Shown: positions 11,523-22,393 of the stretch, one piece after another
How the letters are laid out: each line of letters opens with the position of its first letter
Numbering within the stretch: position 1 is the stretch's first letter
Assembly (NCBI GenBank): GCA_047495785.1
Contig: JBLDXI010000054.1
Coordinates: 1,240,001 to 1,304,000, forward strand
Direction: 5' to 3'
Length of the DNA stretch: 64,000 bases
DNA from: Lepidodermella squamata
Taxonomy: Eukaryota; Animalia; Gastrotricha
Translations under genes and position numbers: made by a program
The notes under the pieces: generated by a model
What the model saw: only the letters and a program-made list of their open reading frames with translations
Databases searched by the model: none
Told to the model about the DNA's origin: nothing

Positions 11523-13903
11523 ATGCATCAGCCAATTCTCGTCTCCTTACTCCTTATTCTCGCCGTGAATTCGATTGTCATCGTTTCGTTGCCTCAGGAC
11601 GAAACAATGATGCGAAAACAGGTGCATCTGCACCTTAATCGCGTAAAGCGAGAGGTTGAAGGTGTCGTAAAGACCGAGCCGGTCGAGCCGCAACAGCCAC
11701 CACCACCGCCGCCGCCCCCGGCCCCACCAGTTGCCCAAGGACAACCTGCTGCTTCTGCTGCTGCTGCTCCAGCTACTGGCGCGATTGTTTCTGCTTCGGC
11801 AGCTGCTGCTGACGCCTCTAGTAGTAACGACACCGAGCCCCAAGCGGCGGTCAGTGAATATCCGTGGGACTTTCTTTACACGTTTGCGCGTCAATTTTAT
11901 ACAAAAGTTGACGGTATGAAAGGCGCCACTGGTTTGAAGGATTGCATCTTTAGCAAACTGGATGCAATTGCAAAAGTCGAAAATTCATGCGCGTGTGTCC
12001 ACAACGGCACGGTGCGATCGGAACGCACCATCGACATGTTTTCGTGCTTTTATCCAGATTCATGCAAAGCAGACTGGCCTGTTGTCGATTGCTTGGCACA
12101 TTTAATCAAAGACAAGATTGAAGCACCGGTTATTGGCAATTTGCTGACCATATTCAACGAAGTTGAATATTTGTGCTGCTTTGCACGGCATGCAAATGCC
12201 AAAATGCTATTTTCGACCGGCGCCAAATGGTGGACTCTGCCTCTGTCTGTCAAGAAGGAGAAGGAAGAATGTGCCAGCCATGAGCTAGTGCCGACTAATC
12301 TTGCATCTCAAGCAGGGGTTGCAGCAGCGTCCAACCCTCAAGCGAGCGGCGTCAAAACCGCCGACAGTAACACTGAGCGGTTGCTAGCAACCATGGCAGC
12401 TGTACTTCGGCAGCAGGCGGCAACAACTGCTTTAGAGCCTCATCAACCCAATTCGTTGTCATCGCTATCAGTGGCGCTTGCGAAAAGTGAGGCTGTTGAT
12501 CAATTGGTGTCTTCTCAGCAACAAAATGGTCATGTGGAGGCGGTTCGCGTTTCACCGTTGTTTGCCGACGCTTATGGCGACGTTTCAGCTCAGTCGTCAT
12601 CGTCATCGTCACTCCAAGGAATGCCTAACTCGGCTTCGCTTCAGCCCGTGTCACTGACCTACTTTGACACGGAAAAGTCTTCAAAAATTGACGCTGTTGC
12701 GGGTAATAATGGAGGTGATCCTAAAAAGGGCAAGAACGGCGCCTTGCCCTGTACGCTGAGAGATAAAGCACCTGGTCAACGGGCTTTAGAGTCGCTACGG
12801 AACTATCAGGGCGTCAACAAGCCTTGTGTCATGGCATGGCTCGAATTTGTTGCCAGCGATGAAGGCTGCCCGTGGCCAGTACCTGAATCTAGTCGCTCAC
12901 TGCTTGCAGCTGTCTTGTTCAACTGCCAGCAACAGGCCGACGTGACAAGAGTACCTCATGATTTGCCCTTGAACCAATTAGTCGCGCTCATTGGCACCGA
13001 TCAGATTCGTCTAAACTTGCTGCTGCACAACTACCAGCAAGTGAACGATTTGTGCTGTTTTTATAATTACACAAAAACTACTTGGACGTCCTATGCTCCC
13101 GTAAGTACTAGAGGAAAAACTGACAAATTTGTGGTTGTTAATTTGTTGCGCTTCCTCTGTTATTATAGCTTTTACCCGAGTACGCCCATTACATCTTTGT
13201 GGAGGTATTTTTCACCAAGTTTGTGGTGGGCAGTTACGTGCTGGCGAAATCTGCCATAGAAAAATCGGCTGGCTCTATCAACTTGCTGAGGTTGATTCTC
13301 TCGCAAGTGCTGCCCGTTTTCACCAGCGACCTGGTTAGCTATCAAAAACTCTATTACGTTGTTGTAGCTATTGTCATCTATTATACGCGTCGCTTTTGCA
13401 TGTTTTGGCATAGCCTTGGTCCTCTATTGGCAGTCGAAATGCTGCTGGTCAATTGGCGAGAAGGCATAGAGAGCGCCGGTGCCGACCTGCATCTCATCAT
13501 CATTTTGACGCGGTCGTTATTCCTATACTACGGCTACTTGCAATGCAAGCCTGGTGGTGGCGATTCTGACGCGGCGTCTGTCGACTGGTTTCGATGGCTC
13601 AAATCGCTGAGACTGCGCCGAGCAGCGAATGCTCCACTCGTTGTTGAGCAGGCTGTTGAACAGGCTGGCGCCGATGATGACGAGTCGAGCCAGGTACAGG
13701 CTCTCGAGGACTGCATGGAGACTCTTGTCAAGACCATGGTAGTGCTCGACCCCAAGCTCAAACTTGCAAGAGGCAGAAGAAAGGGCGAAGGGACCTCAAG
13801 GATGGTCAGCGACCTCGTCGAAAATGTCATGAAATTTCCGGTCCCTGATGGCAGTCCATCTGCTATACAGCAGCGATTGGAAAGAAAAGCCAAGGCAAAA
13901 TGA
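11523..13903 (+). CDS. KAR5/GEX1/Brambleberry-like nuclear membrane fusion protein (about 770 aa; exons 11523-13100 and 13169-13903), transposon cargo
   Basis: Signal peptide and two Cys-rich domains. The second (PCVMAWLEF..GC..ESSRSLLAAVLFNCQQQAD..NYQQVNDLCCFY) resembles the Brambleberry/KAR5 CRD (C..L...C..E..LA.L..LFNCQ..C). The C-terminal TM cluster YYVVVAIVIYY..LLAVEMLL..IIILTRSLF resembles GEX1 TMs. A phase-0 GTAAGT..TAG intron joins ORFs 11523 and 13199 in frame. Confidence 0.72.
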
Positions 13904-14352
13904 AAAATCAATCGGGCTAAATCACGCACGGGGCCGAAACGTAATTTTGCCTGCTCTTCTTCTTGCAGCCGCTCAGCTAATAACATCTCTTTAATATTTA
14001 GGTCATCAACCGCTACGATTCAGCCGTCATTTCTTAAATAAAATCGATCTAGTTTAGCAATATATTTTGTTGTTCTTGTTCTTGCCTTTTTTTTTACTCA
14101 TGAAAACTCTTGGCTTGAAACTTGCCGCTCAATTTTAATTCGCTTTTGCCTAAAAAAAGTCTACCTTAATTTGTACGTTGTTTATGTTGCTCATAATAAT
14201 GAAAGAAAAAATCAAATGATTAGGTAGTAGACTTGATTAAAGTTGGTCTCAATAAAGTTGATACAATCGAACGGCCGTTCTGTCCGTTCCGTTCCGTCTT
14301 CTTCTGTTTTTCTGTTGATTACACTAGGTATTTTTTTAAATTATGCATGTTG

Positions 14353-17300
14353 ATGGCTCCAAGAACTAGTAAAGCTCCAAGTAACGGCGAAAATGAAGCG
14401 AAGCAACCGCTTCCGTCTTACATCAATCCGAAACCCCGCCCAGTGAGTTATTTACAATTTTATTTCCTGAACGAAATCAATCTCATTTTTTAGTCAAAAC
14501 GCCATGTTATGGAATCTGCTAAGAGAAACGCTGGCAAAGCCTACCTGAGGAAACAATTGGTTCGAGATGGGAAGATTATTCGCCAAGCGAAAATGGTCAG
14601 AGCTAAAGTTGGGCGAAGAATTAGTTGCAAGTGTGGGCGTGAATGCTATTCAAAATTTTCTGAAAATCAGTGCGCTGCCGTTTGCCGGGCTGTGTGGAAA
14701 TCTGGCAAAATCAAGGACAGACGGACTTTTGTGTGCCGTTTTGTTACCATAATTGAAGGCCGGCGCAATTTTCGTTATGCACTCCCGGGCGAAACTAGGA
14801 AAGATACTGCAAGCCCTCGCAAGCAGTTTGATGTTGAAGTAAGTTTCTCTTTTTCTAGCCCCCGGCCAACTTGAAAAATAATTTATCCCAATGAATAGGT
14901 GTGCTGCCCTTTTTTCTTGGCATGTACCGCGCTGACTCATCGATTTATCGGCTACACTCTACAATTCAAACAGGCTCCGTTTCGTTCGGCAGTTCTTGAA
15001 GATGGGCGGGGCAGGAAAAAGGGCAGAACCGGAATTTCTAAACAGCAGCTTGAAGATGTTACTTCGTTCATTAATGGAATCGAACGATTGCCGTCGCATT
15101 TCAAACGAAAAGAGTGCAACAAGCAATTTATTGACAGGTTTCTTGCGATATTTTTTCAAAGCAAAATTATGGAGTTTTATTGCAATTTTCAATAGCTATC
15201 ATTCCATCGCGTCGCTTTATCGCGACTATTGTGATCATCTAAGGAAAAGGAATCAAGTCGAACTCGAGGAGGCCGCTTCGTCATCTGCTTCGACATCCTC
15301 CAACAGCGGTATTGCGCCAGTTCATTACGAAACGTTTAGAAGAATTTTCAGAAATTGCTTTCCCGATTTATCATTCAGAAGGCCCAAGGTAGGTCTCGGA
15401 TCGTGTCAAGTGTTTCGTTCATCCCTTATCGACGTTGTTTCAGATTGATGGCTGTAAATTTTGCCAGCGTCTCGCCAGCTTGTCAAAAGCAGATGTTGGC
15501 CGGAATAATCAAGGGCGCATCAGGAGGTTGCTTGAAAAACACTTGGCCAGACGCGATAACGCACGAGATGCGCTTCGTCGAGACATTGCATACGGCGAGG
15601 CTCACAAGCATCGCGTAAACGTAATCAATTTCGATTTCCAGGTATGCTAAACCAAAATCTCCCTGCTAACAGCCTCTTGAATTGATTATTTCCCTGTTGC
15701 GTTGATAAAGCGAAACCTTGAAGTGCCGTGCTGCAATCGCAAGTAAGTTGTTTTCAACATCTTTCCTGCCCATCTGGGTTTTGCTTAGAGTTTTTTCCCG
15801 GGAAATTTATTCTGACAACTAACTGATGCTTCTAATATGGAAGCTTGATCGTTGATGAGCTCTCAAGTTTGGATATTCAGGACATTGCTGATTAAAGAAT
15901 TAAGATCATAATTGTTTGTTATGTTTGCATTATTTTAGGTTCCACAGTAAATTGCTGGTTCGAAATGTTACTGTCTATAACACGACAACAAAACAAACCC
16001 ACAATTACATTTTCGATGAGACGGAAGATGAGTTCAATTTCTTGCTGATTTCCAGTTGGATTGTTTACATTTTTCTTTCCCTACTCTAGCACGTGGGAAA
16101 GGCGTCACGGAGGTGAGCAACAAATTTATTGTATATGAAAAATTCACGATGCATTCACTTTTTTCAGGTTGCAACTGTAATTTATCGTTACCTCACCGAA
16201 GTGATCGACCCAAACGTTGAGCATTGCATAATGTGGTCTGGTGAGACGAATTTCTTTTTTTATTGATGTCATATTAGGCTTCATTTCGATCGAAACCTGA
16301 ATGTAGATAAAAAATTTGAATTTAGACCCTGAATTTGAGGCCTAGCCTTATAGCAAGGTAAAAAACGTATTTACTACCTGAGTGCTGGCATATGAAAGCG
16401 AAACGGGAGTGGGGGGAGTGGTAGTGCGACGCTATTCTGTATTTTCATTTATATTGTTTTTTGTTTCATTTATCAAAAGATAATTGTTCAGGCCAGCAGA
16501 AAAACAAATATTTTCCGAATTTGATTCATCATGCCCTGGCCACGGCTGCTAGCATGGGCCGAAAGCTATCTCTTGTTGAGCACAAGTATTTAGTGGTGGG
16601 ACATTCACAGCAACCAGTTGACAGGTTTGTTTCAGCGTATTACTTGAACATGCCGGAAATGCTGGATGATGTTTTTTCCAGCTGTCACGCCGCAATCGAT
16701 CGCCAAATGAAACGAGTTCGCCTCATAGCTACTCCCAACGAATGGAGAGGTAAAACTTGGCTTTTCGCGATTTTTTGTAAATTTCTTTACCTTGGAACAT
16801 TGGCCTCAATTAGGCATAATTCTTGGTTCGAGTGTTCATCCTGGAATAAATTTCAAGCTTATTGAATGCCATTTTAATGAATGGTTGAATCCGAAACATG
16901 AGCCTAGGTGAGTTTTTTCCTCGAAAAGGTAAAGGTTCCCTTGAGGCCATTATGTTATAAATAAACTCAGCTTCACTGCGCGATTCGACTATCCTACTCC
17001 GAAGGGTGAACGGAGCATTTGGACAAGATACTGCTGCTACAGGTAAGCTCTTTCGAATTTGAGCACGAAATAGGCTGGTAGTTGGTAGTAGAAATCGGCG
17101 TTTCAGGTTTCCCTTCTTTATGAATTCTGAACTCTTGGGTATTTTAAAGAGGAATTCAGCTCAGCCATGTTGGAAATTCGAAATCTGCTGCTCGGATGAG
17201 CTAAGGGCTTGGGGAAAGCTAGGATTCGCCCTTCTTCAGTCAGTAAATCATTCCAATTCAATGTATCCCATTTTTCGTTTCATAAAAATTATCCAAACTT

Positions 17301-17748
17301 ATGGTGCATTATCAATTCCAGGTATTCTCGGGACCATTCGTTTTTCGAGGCAAGCTCCGATTGGAATGGGAATTACCTCCGTTTCGAAGCTACAACACAA
17401 ACGCCGTTTGCTTATAAAGCAACTAAAAGATATCCTAATTATCGGCCTGCCGAGTTCAAGATGAGTGAAAAGAAAATGAGCGATATGTTTACATGGTAAA
17501 TTCATTTATTAAATTGGTTACTACTACTACTACTACTACTGTGGTCCTTACTTGTTATTAGGGTCGCTGAGGGTGTAATACCCTTGCCCTACCTGGATAT
17601 AATTGCGAGAATTCCATCAAAAATGAAGGCGCAAGAAATTGCCAAGAAAAAGGAAGCCGTACGCCAAAAATATGCCAAATTTACCAATCCTGACAGTGAC
17701 TCTGATGATTTTGATACGGACGATCACGACACTGACGATGAATTTTAA
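14353..17748 (+). CDS. Sola1-type DDD transposase, about 15 exons
   Basis: The spliced product contains CKC..C, VC..FFL, DGRG, LPSHFKR, FRRIF..LSFRRPK-IDGCKFC, FDFQ..L..P (D1), SKLLVRN, DETEARGKG..EV, WSDNCSGQQKN (D2), HKYLVVGHSQQPVDS (D3), P.EW and KMSD. This matches the Sola1 signature (D..Q / SDNC.GQNKN / GH....D), and Sola elements make 4-bp TSDs. Confidence 0.88.
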
Positions 17749-17875
17749 TATTGAATGAAGCCATTTTATTGCCAGATTATAATATGGAAAGCCAATTTTG
17801 CGTCGAACTTATTAACTTATTATGTTGGAATTAAATTATTCATTTTGGATAACTCGCGTTTTTTTTATCGCTTAG

Positions 17876-18220
17876 ATGTTAATTTTTTTACTACTTATTT
17901 GTATGGGAAGCAGCACGGCGGGAAAAGAAATGGATTTGGGGTTGGAGAACTGGCTGTGGAATAAAGGTGTCGAGCCGAAGCCGGTTTATTTCAATATTAC
18001 TGCAGCGCCATCGGTTGATTCCAGTCTCATCTCGGATGCTCATCCCGTACTCCTAATTTTCCTAATCGCGTCCACGTCAGCAATTACTGGCTTAGCCGTC
18101 TGGTGTGCGGCAAAACGTCCTCTTTGTCCTAAAGATCGATACGTGGCTAATTTTAGGCTTTTTAACCGATCTATATATCGGCCTCTACACGTGGAAAATG
18201 CTTCTCTGGCTGATCTCTGA
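17876..18220 (+). CDS. Small type I membrane protein (114 aa), transposon cargo, function unknown
   Basis: Signal-like N-terminus MLIFLLLICMGSSTAG, NIT sequon, TM VLLIFLIASTSAITGLAVWCAA, then basic KR. Confidence 0.6.
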   Translation: MLIFLLLICMGSSTAGKEMDLGLENWLWNKGVEPKPVYFNITAAPSVDSSLISDAHPVLLIFLIASTSAITGLAVWCAAKRPLCPKDRYVANFRLFNRSIYRPLHVENASLADL

Positions 18221-18470
18221 TACTGCAATCTAATTATTGAAGTGTTGTGTATATAATTTAGCTAAAAGCCGGATAATCCAAAACAGATTAAATTTTCACA
18301 AAATTTCCCCTCACGATTTTAATTTGATTTTAGGCAGAACTAGTTAATCATTATTTGAAGACTCGGGGGTGGTGGTGTTTGGAGGAAAATCCGCGTCCCA
18401 GCTGGCTTTCAGGTTGCTTTCTGCCAAAAACTTGATTGTTTGTTTTTAAATTGGACTATTTTTTAGGATC

Positions 18471-20036
18471 ATGACCTTGATGCCGATAATTGCCGCGTTT
18501 GTCCCATTATTTTTTGGCGCTGAGTGTCACGTGATCGCGATTGGCCGTTATGTTCTGCCGGGTGATGAAATGACGCTGGTTAAATCGTCTCTCCGCGACG
18601 TTCAAATTTTCCAAGTTGATCCGATCGATTTTGATTTCTTCAAAATCTGGCACGTTAGCAAGGTAGTGTACCCAAGCATTGAATTCACGTTGATGAAGAA
18701 ACTTGAATTTATAATAATTTTTAAGGTGGTTTTCCGGCCGCTTGAGGAAAAGCGAATGACAATCACAGTGAACAAGCCTGATCTCACCGATGATCGACTT
18801 ATAGCCGAAAGATGCGCGAATTTTACAACCCAATTTATCGAGGATTTATACTACCTCTCGGCGCGAACAATGGGTGTTTACAATGGATCGCAAGTCATCG
18901 CAATGGACCCTTTTGAAGCAGCGCTGATAGCTGTTTGTTATCATGATGGCAGTTACTTCATCAGCAATCATCACGCTCAACTCTCGTTACAGAATTTGGT
19001 CATGACTCTTGTAGGCTTGGTGCTTATTTTTCTTGGCCCTGTTATCGCAAATCAAGGGTGGCTATTTTACTCGTTCGGGGGCTGTCTCGGCCTAATAACT
19101 TCTGTCTTATCATTGTTGTTCTTAGTTTGGAAATGTTCCTCTTCACTGTTGAAAAAATCACCCGCGTCTGCTCTGGCAGGCACTTTATTTGGCAGTTCAA
19201 TGTTCACGCAAATTCTTACAAAAATCTTCGTAGATACAAACATAAGTTTTTATGCTTTGTTGCTTCTCGTTATCTCTGGCTCGCTGGGATTTTCGTCATT
19301 TTATTTGATTGGAGCTATGAATGCGAAAAATGAGCGATTGTCGTTTATTATCAAGTTTCACAGCGTTGGAATAGGCTTTTCTTTGTTGCTATTTCTCAGC
19401 GGTTTTAAACGTTTGGAAATCAGTCTGGCTGCATTTGTTGTTTTTGTTTTAGCTAAAACTTCGTTCTTCTCGACACTTTTTCGTACACTTCTATCGTCTC
19501 CTATTGCTGCCTTGATAAAGATTGGATTCCTGATTAGATGGATTGCTCTGATATGTCTAAAGCTCTTGAAATGCTTAAGGTGGCTGGTTTGCTCCCTGTT
19601 TTTCAAATTCGCATCGCCAAAGAATGAAGAGAGAGCCTCTGCAATTCTAAGTGCGTCTGAGTGTGACGAGACAAAGAAATCGTGCACTGCTGTCACTATC
19701 GATAGAATGGATTATTTGAAAAACTTTAGCTCCTTTCATAAAAATGTGTTACTTGTCCCACCTTCCGAGTATCACGAGAAAGCGTTGATCAAAACTAAGC
19801 TTGAACTTGATAAATTATATGCTTATTGCAAAACGATTGATGCTTTTCAGCTGATGCAACAACTGTATTATGAACCCATAAATTTTGCTAGAGCGGTGAG
19901 CCCTCTTAAACAATGCGTTCTCGGTTCCGAAGTAGGGAAATTTGACGACAAAGCCTTTATGTATGATTTTATTGAAAAACTCGATGATGACGACTCTGAT
20001 AATACTAGCTGTTGTTTCTCTAGTGATGAAGAATAA
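18471..20036 (+). CDS. NEMP/TMEM194-like inner nuclear membrane protein, transposon cargo
   Basis: Signal peptide and TM block GLVLIFLGPVIANQGWLFYSFGGCLGLITSVLSLLFLVWK (NEMP pattern G..LFF....LS....FYY..G...G...S.L...F...K). C-terminal SEYHEKALIKTKLELDKLYAYC..EPINFARAV resembles NEMP EEY..QG..ET..AL.ELR.FC..P..FA.F; acidic tail. Probable in-frame 63-nt intron at 18663-18725. Confidence 0.82.
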   Translation: MTLMPIIAAFVPLFFGAECHVIAIGRYVLPGDEMTLVKSSLRDVQIFQVDPIDFDFFKIWHVSKVVYPSIEFTLMKKLEFIIIFKVVFRPLEEKRMTITVNKPDLTDDRLIAERCANFTTQFIEDLYYLSARTMGVYNGSQVIAMDPFEAALIAVCYHDGSYFISNHHAQLSLQNLVMTLVGLVLIFLGPVIANQGWLFYSFGGCLGLITSVLSLLFLVWKCSSSLLKKSPASALAGTLFGSSMFTQILTKIFVDTNISFYALLLLVISGSLGFSSFYLIGAMNAKNERLSFIIKFHSVGIGFSLLLFLSGFKRLEISLAAFVVFVLAKTSFFSTLFRTLLSSPIAALIKIGFLIRWIALICLKLLKCLRWLVCSLFFKFASPKNEERASAILSASECDETKKSCTAVTIDRMDYLKNFSSFHKNVLLVPPSEYHEKALIKTKLELDKLYAYCKTIDAFQLMQQLYYEPINFARAVSPLKQCVLGSEVGKFDDKAFMYDFIEKLDDDDSDNTSCCFSSDEE

Positions 20037-20245
20037 TGTGGCTCGGAATATTCAGTTCATTCTTATCGATCAGAGGCAAGATGTAAATAAATCGAAAATT
20101 TCTGAAAACGTATTTTTGAGAGTGTTTGTTTTGAATAATTTCTGATGTCCTTCTAATTTGAGTTCGGCTGATGAAACCCAGAATTTCGTAGAAATATTTC
20201 CAGCACCGGCTAGCTCGCTGAGGTAAACAGAAAGGCCGATACTTA

Positions 20246-20587
20246 CAGGGTGTCCCAGACGATGTGAACAATTATTGAATTTACCAATTTTTTGGAAATC
20301 GAACCTGCCGAGAGAAAATTCCATCTTTTTATCTGCGATTTAGCCGAAGAAATTAAAAATTTACCGGTGAAAACCCGGAAAACCCCGATGGTAGCTGATT
20401 CGGTAATTTGCTGTATTTTACCCGGTTGGACGTGTTTTCTCCGGACGTGTTTAATCTCATTATCAAGTGACAACATGAATTTTTACTTTTCCGGGATTTT
20501 TCTGGCCATGAGATGTTACTTCGGTTCTCATTCTGAGTATTTAAACCCGTGTATTTTCTCGCCTTGCGTTACTTATGGGACACGCTG
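20246..20587. mobile_element. Degenerate Tc1/mariner-type MITE nested inside the Sola element
   Basis: TA-CAGGGTGTCCCA at the left end and TGGGACACGCTG-TG at the right end (11/12 inverted match, right TA mutated). Confidence 0.55.
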
Positions 20588-21363
20588 TGTACTGGAATAA
20601 TTCTGTTTGATAAGACAATAGGTAGAATCAATCATCGTGAATGCAAGCCGAGTACGCAGCCGAGTAAACAAAAGAAGCGCGCGCACACGCGAATATATTA
20701 TGTGCGCAAAGCACTGGGCATTTATTATGCTGCGAAGCACACGCGTATTATTATAACAGCAAGCATTATTTCCTATATTAATGGGTGAAAATGTAATCCT
20801 TCGAGACGACTGCAAACATCTGCGGCTGTTTCTGCTATGTCCAAACTCAACCCAAACCAAAGCCTCTAGTAACATCGTATTGGTTCTTTCCGGCGAGAAA
20901 GCAAAACAACTAATTAGCCCATTCATTTATTCAAAAGTACCAGCAAAATCCAGTTTTCCGAATGGTTTTATTCTACCTCAAACGACAGATCAAGCCAATA
21001 TAATCACGAGAAATTGAGAAGCAAAGGAATTTCTAGAAAATTTCGTTCTTTCAGTACTGGAATCAGCGGCATTTCAAAATCGGTATTGATTTTTTCGATT
21101 GAAAACAGTTTCGCGATTCCTGGAGATGCAGTCGGCTAGAACAAAAAACAAAAATTGAATCTTATTCACGGATAAAATTAGGAAATGTGAGCAGACGAAA
21201 GAATCGTCTAAAAATTATCGAATTTAATTAATTGACCCCGACCTTTTGCTCGACCCCTGGAAACAGTTGAATCAAGCAATCATTCAAAGTTATCGTGTTT
21301 CTTTCTCTTGTCCACCTTAAATAAACCGCCAAATTGATTTTTTGTATTTATTTTGATTTTTCA

Positions 21364-22012
21364 ATGGTCATCTCTCGAATCCTAAAATGGCTTGCGGGTC
21401 CGAGTTCGCACCGTAACGCGGCGGCTATTGAGCAATTGCGAGAGCTATCTCTTCTGCTTCACGGCTTTATTGGTGACCCGTTGTCGACTGTTACAATTTA
21501 TCGCATGAAGCGCATGGTGCGTGAGCTCGAGAAGTCTACTTCGAAGAAGCGGCTCGTTGAAGACAGCGGCGGCTCAACGGTCTCAACGGTAAAAAATCTG
21601 TTGAAGTTGCCGTTTCAATAATTCTCTAAACGGCCATGAGATCGAGTACGTTAAATCGATCCAAGACCCCCAAGATAAAAATCTGAACTTCGGAATCTCT
21701 ACTGCTCTAAAAATTGCATCAGGATTTCGGAGATTTCCCGGAAACGGACGCGGACCAGAAGGTGGCGAAGATCGACGTGAAGAAGTGATGCCCCACCAGG
21801 ACTATGCTTCGACTGTGTATTTTCCATGCCTACTTACAGTAATTAGTCGACTCGAATAAGTTTTTTCATACTTTTTTGAAATTTAGGATACAGGGTCACC
21901 GACTACAACTATTAGTTCCAATTCCAGGATTATAGCAAGCTTTGCCCGAGAAGCCCTTGGACCTTGCATCCGTAGTAATTATTGCTGCATTGTTACGACC
22001 ATCGATGCCTAA
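21364..22012 (+). CDS. Putative three-exon unknown protein (about 180 aa), transposon cargo
   Basis: MVISRILKWL..GGSTVST followed by a GTAAAA donor. Short GT-AG introns join open exons IEYVKSIQDP.. and DTGSPTTT..IDA*. No family recognised. Confidence 0.35.
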
Positions 22013-22393
22013 GCTAGCCGACGTGGGCCAATCCCAGTTTGGACCAATTATCGATTTTTGCGGCTCATCGGACGGGAGAGTTTTAGCCTAGAATTGGAGA
22101 CCTTTTTGGCCATTTCACTTGTTCAACGCCTGGAACTTGGCGGCTCTCGGTTCAAAGTCAACCAATGGTCTGAAATCTTTCTCAGGGTGACTGCTATCGC
22201 CACCCCACACATTGCTTCCCGGCCAACAATCGATGTCGACGAGATCTTGGGCGATTGATTGGCCAGGGTCATCCTGCGACTACAACGCTTTGCCCCGAGA
22301 AATAATTGGGCCTGGCATCCGTAATTCCCGCTGCATTGTAACGACTATGCCTGAGCTATGACTCTTCCTGAGCTCGATGCCTGAGCTAGCCGA
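21939..22393 (+). repeat. Imperfect direct repeat of about 85-105 bp (21939-22021 and 22287-22393)
   Basis: gctttgccc(c)gagaa..gg.cct.gcatccgta..gctgcattgt.acgac..cgatgcct.agctagccga occurs twice. Confidence 0.75.
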
